Shown here: piece after piece, positions 63,453 through 64,000 of the stretch
Layout: every line of letters starts with the position of its first letter
How positions within the stretch are numbered: the stretch's first letter is position 1
DNA from: an uncultured Gemmatimonadales bacterium
GTDB lineage: Bacteria; Gemmatimonadota; Gemmatimonadetes; Gemmatimonadales; GWC2-71-9
Reading direction: 5' to 3'
Assembly: GCA_963844035.1 (NCBI GenBank)
Contig: CAWJMT010000035.1
Location: 160,001-224,000, forward strand
DNA: 64,000 nucleotides
Position numbers and translations under genes: made by a program
Notes under the pieces: generated by a model
What the model was told of the DNA's origin: nothing
The model's database searches: none
The model's input: only the letters and a program-made list of their open reading frames with translations

Positions 63453-64000
63453 CTAGACGGCGCGCGCTTTCCGCCCTTCGTGGAACTCCCGCCATCGTCC
63501 GATTGGCCTTCAGGATGTCGCGAAGGGCCGTCTCGAGTTGCGGCAGCGCCGCCCACGGGACGACGGCGAGCATCTGGTCGTCGGCGACTTCTGTGTAGGT
63601 TCGCATGCCGATGCAACCGAGGGACGCCGTCAGCCCGCCACGCGCGACGGCGGTCGGGATAGCAGCGCATGCGGGGCGGCCCAGCGTCGCGCCCGGCGCT
63701 GAACCGGTCCAGTTGCAGGCGCCGCCGGCTTCGGACACCAGCATTGCCTGTCGCGGGGTGAGCCACATGAGAACCGCGTCGGGCTCGACCGGAAAATCCC
63801 GCAACGGCCCATACACCACACCCGCGCTCTTGCGCGGGAGCGTCGGGATGCGTGGTGCCTCGTCGGCGCCCAGATATCCTTCCTCGACCATCACCCCCAC
63901 GAGTCCCATCAGCTCTTGCTTGACGTCGTCGGGCATTTCGAACCCCATGACCATCGTCCCGACCGGGCAGCGGAAGTGCTGTTCCGCCGTCGCGTAGAAG
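63453..64000 (-). CDS. DUF169 family protein (5' partial; probable frameshift near 63490)
   Basis: CPVG, VVYGPL, GRPACA, SLGCIGMR; shifted tail MAEFHEGRKARAV*. Confidence 0.75.

Overview
GC-rich, mostly core-chromosome window. Gene content and protein style suggest a Gemmatimonadota/FCB-group bacterium (inference, not a database result). About 60 genes are recognisable. They include the tail of a sulfatase/HAD cluster, ispG, csaA, an FGE, comM, mscS, larE-thpR-sigma54 regulator-ALDH, lepB, a sigma70, yajQ-rimO-hemL-spoIID-lnt, and a Crp/MBL/CsgG/GAF-HD-GYP module. They also include rpmE-prfA-prmC-tmk-S41 protease, a long minus-strand run (prs-rplY-pth-rpsF-rpsR-rplI-rsfS-Omp85-SPOR-smc-aroF-lolA), a Gld-like ABC system, pirin, tRNA-Gln and a cupredoxin. 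Many genes, including conserved housekeeping ones, carry 1-nt frameshifts, most simply explained as long-read indel errors, so several boundaries are reconstructed by eye. No CRISPR array, prophage or integrase was seen. The best unexplained signals are: (1) two palindromic elements built from 8-mer repeats that sit at gene junctions and encode Sec signal peptides; (2) a DUF559 endonuclease remnant between ~45-bp inverted repeats at a gene's stop codon; (3) a duplicated promoter/RBS/signal-peptide cassette on two unrelated enzymes; (4) a CRP-type palindrome on the crp stop codon ahead of a putative cyclic-nucleotide phosphodiesterase operon; (5) a degenerate ParA/BY-kinase-SPOR membrane protein coupled to smc.
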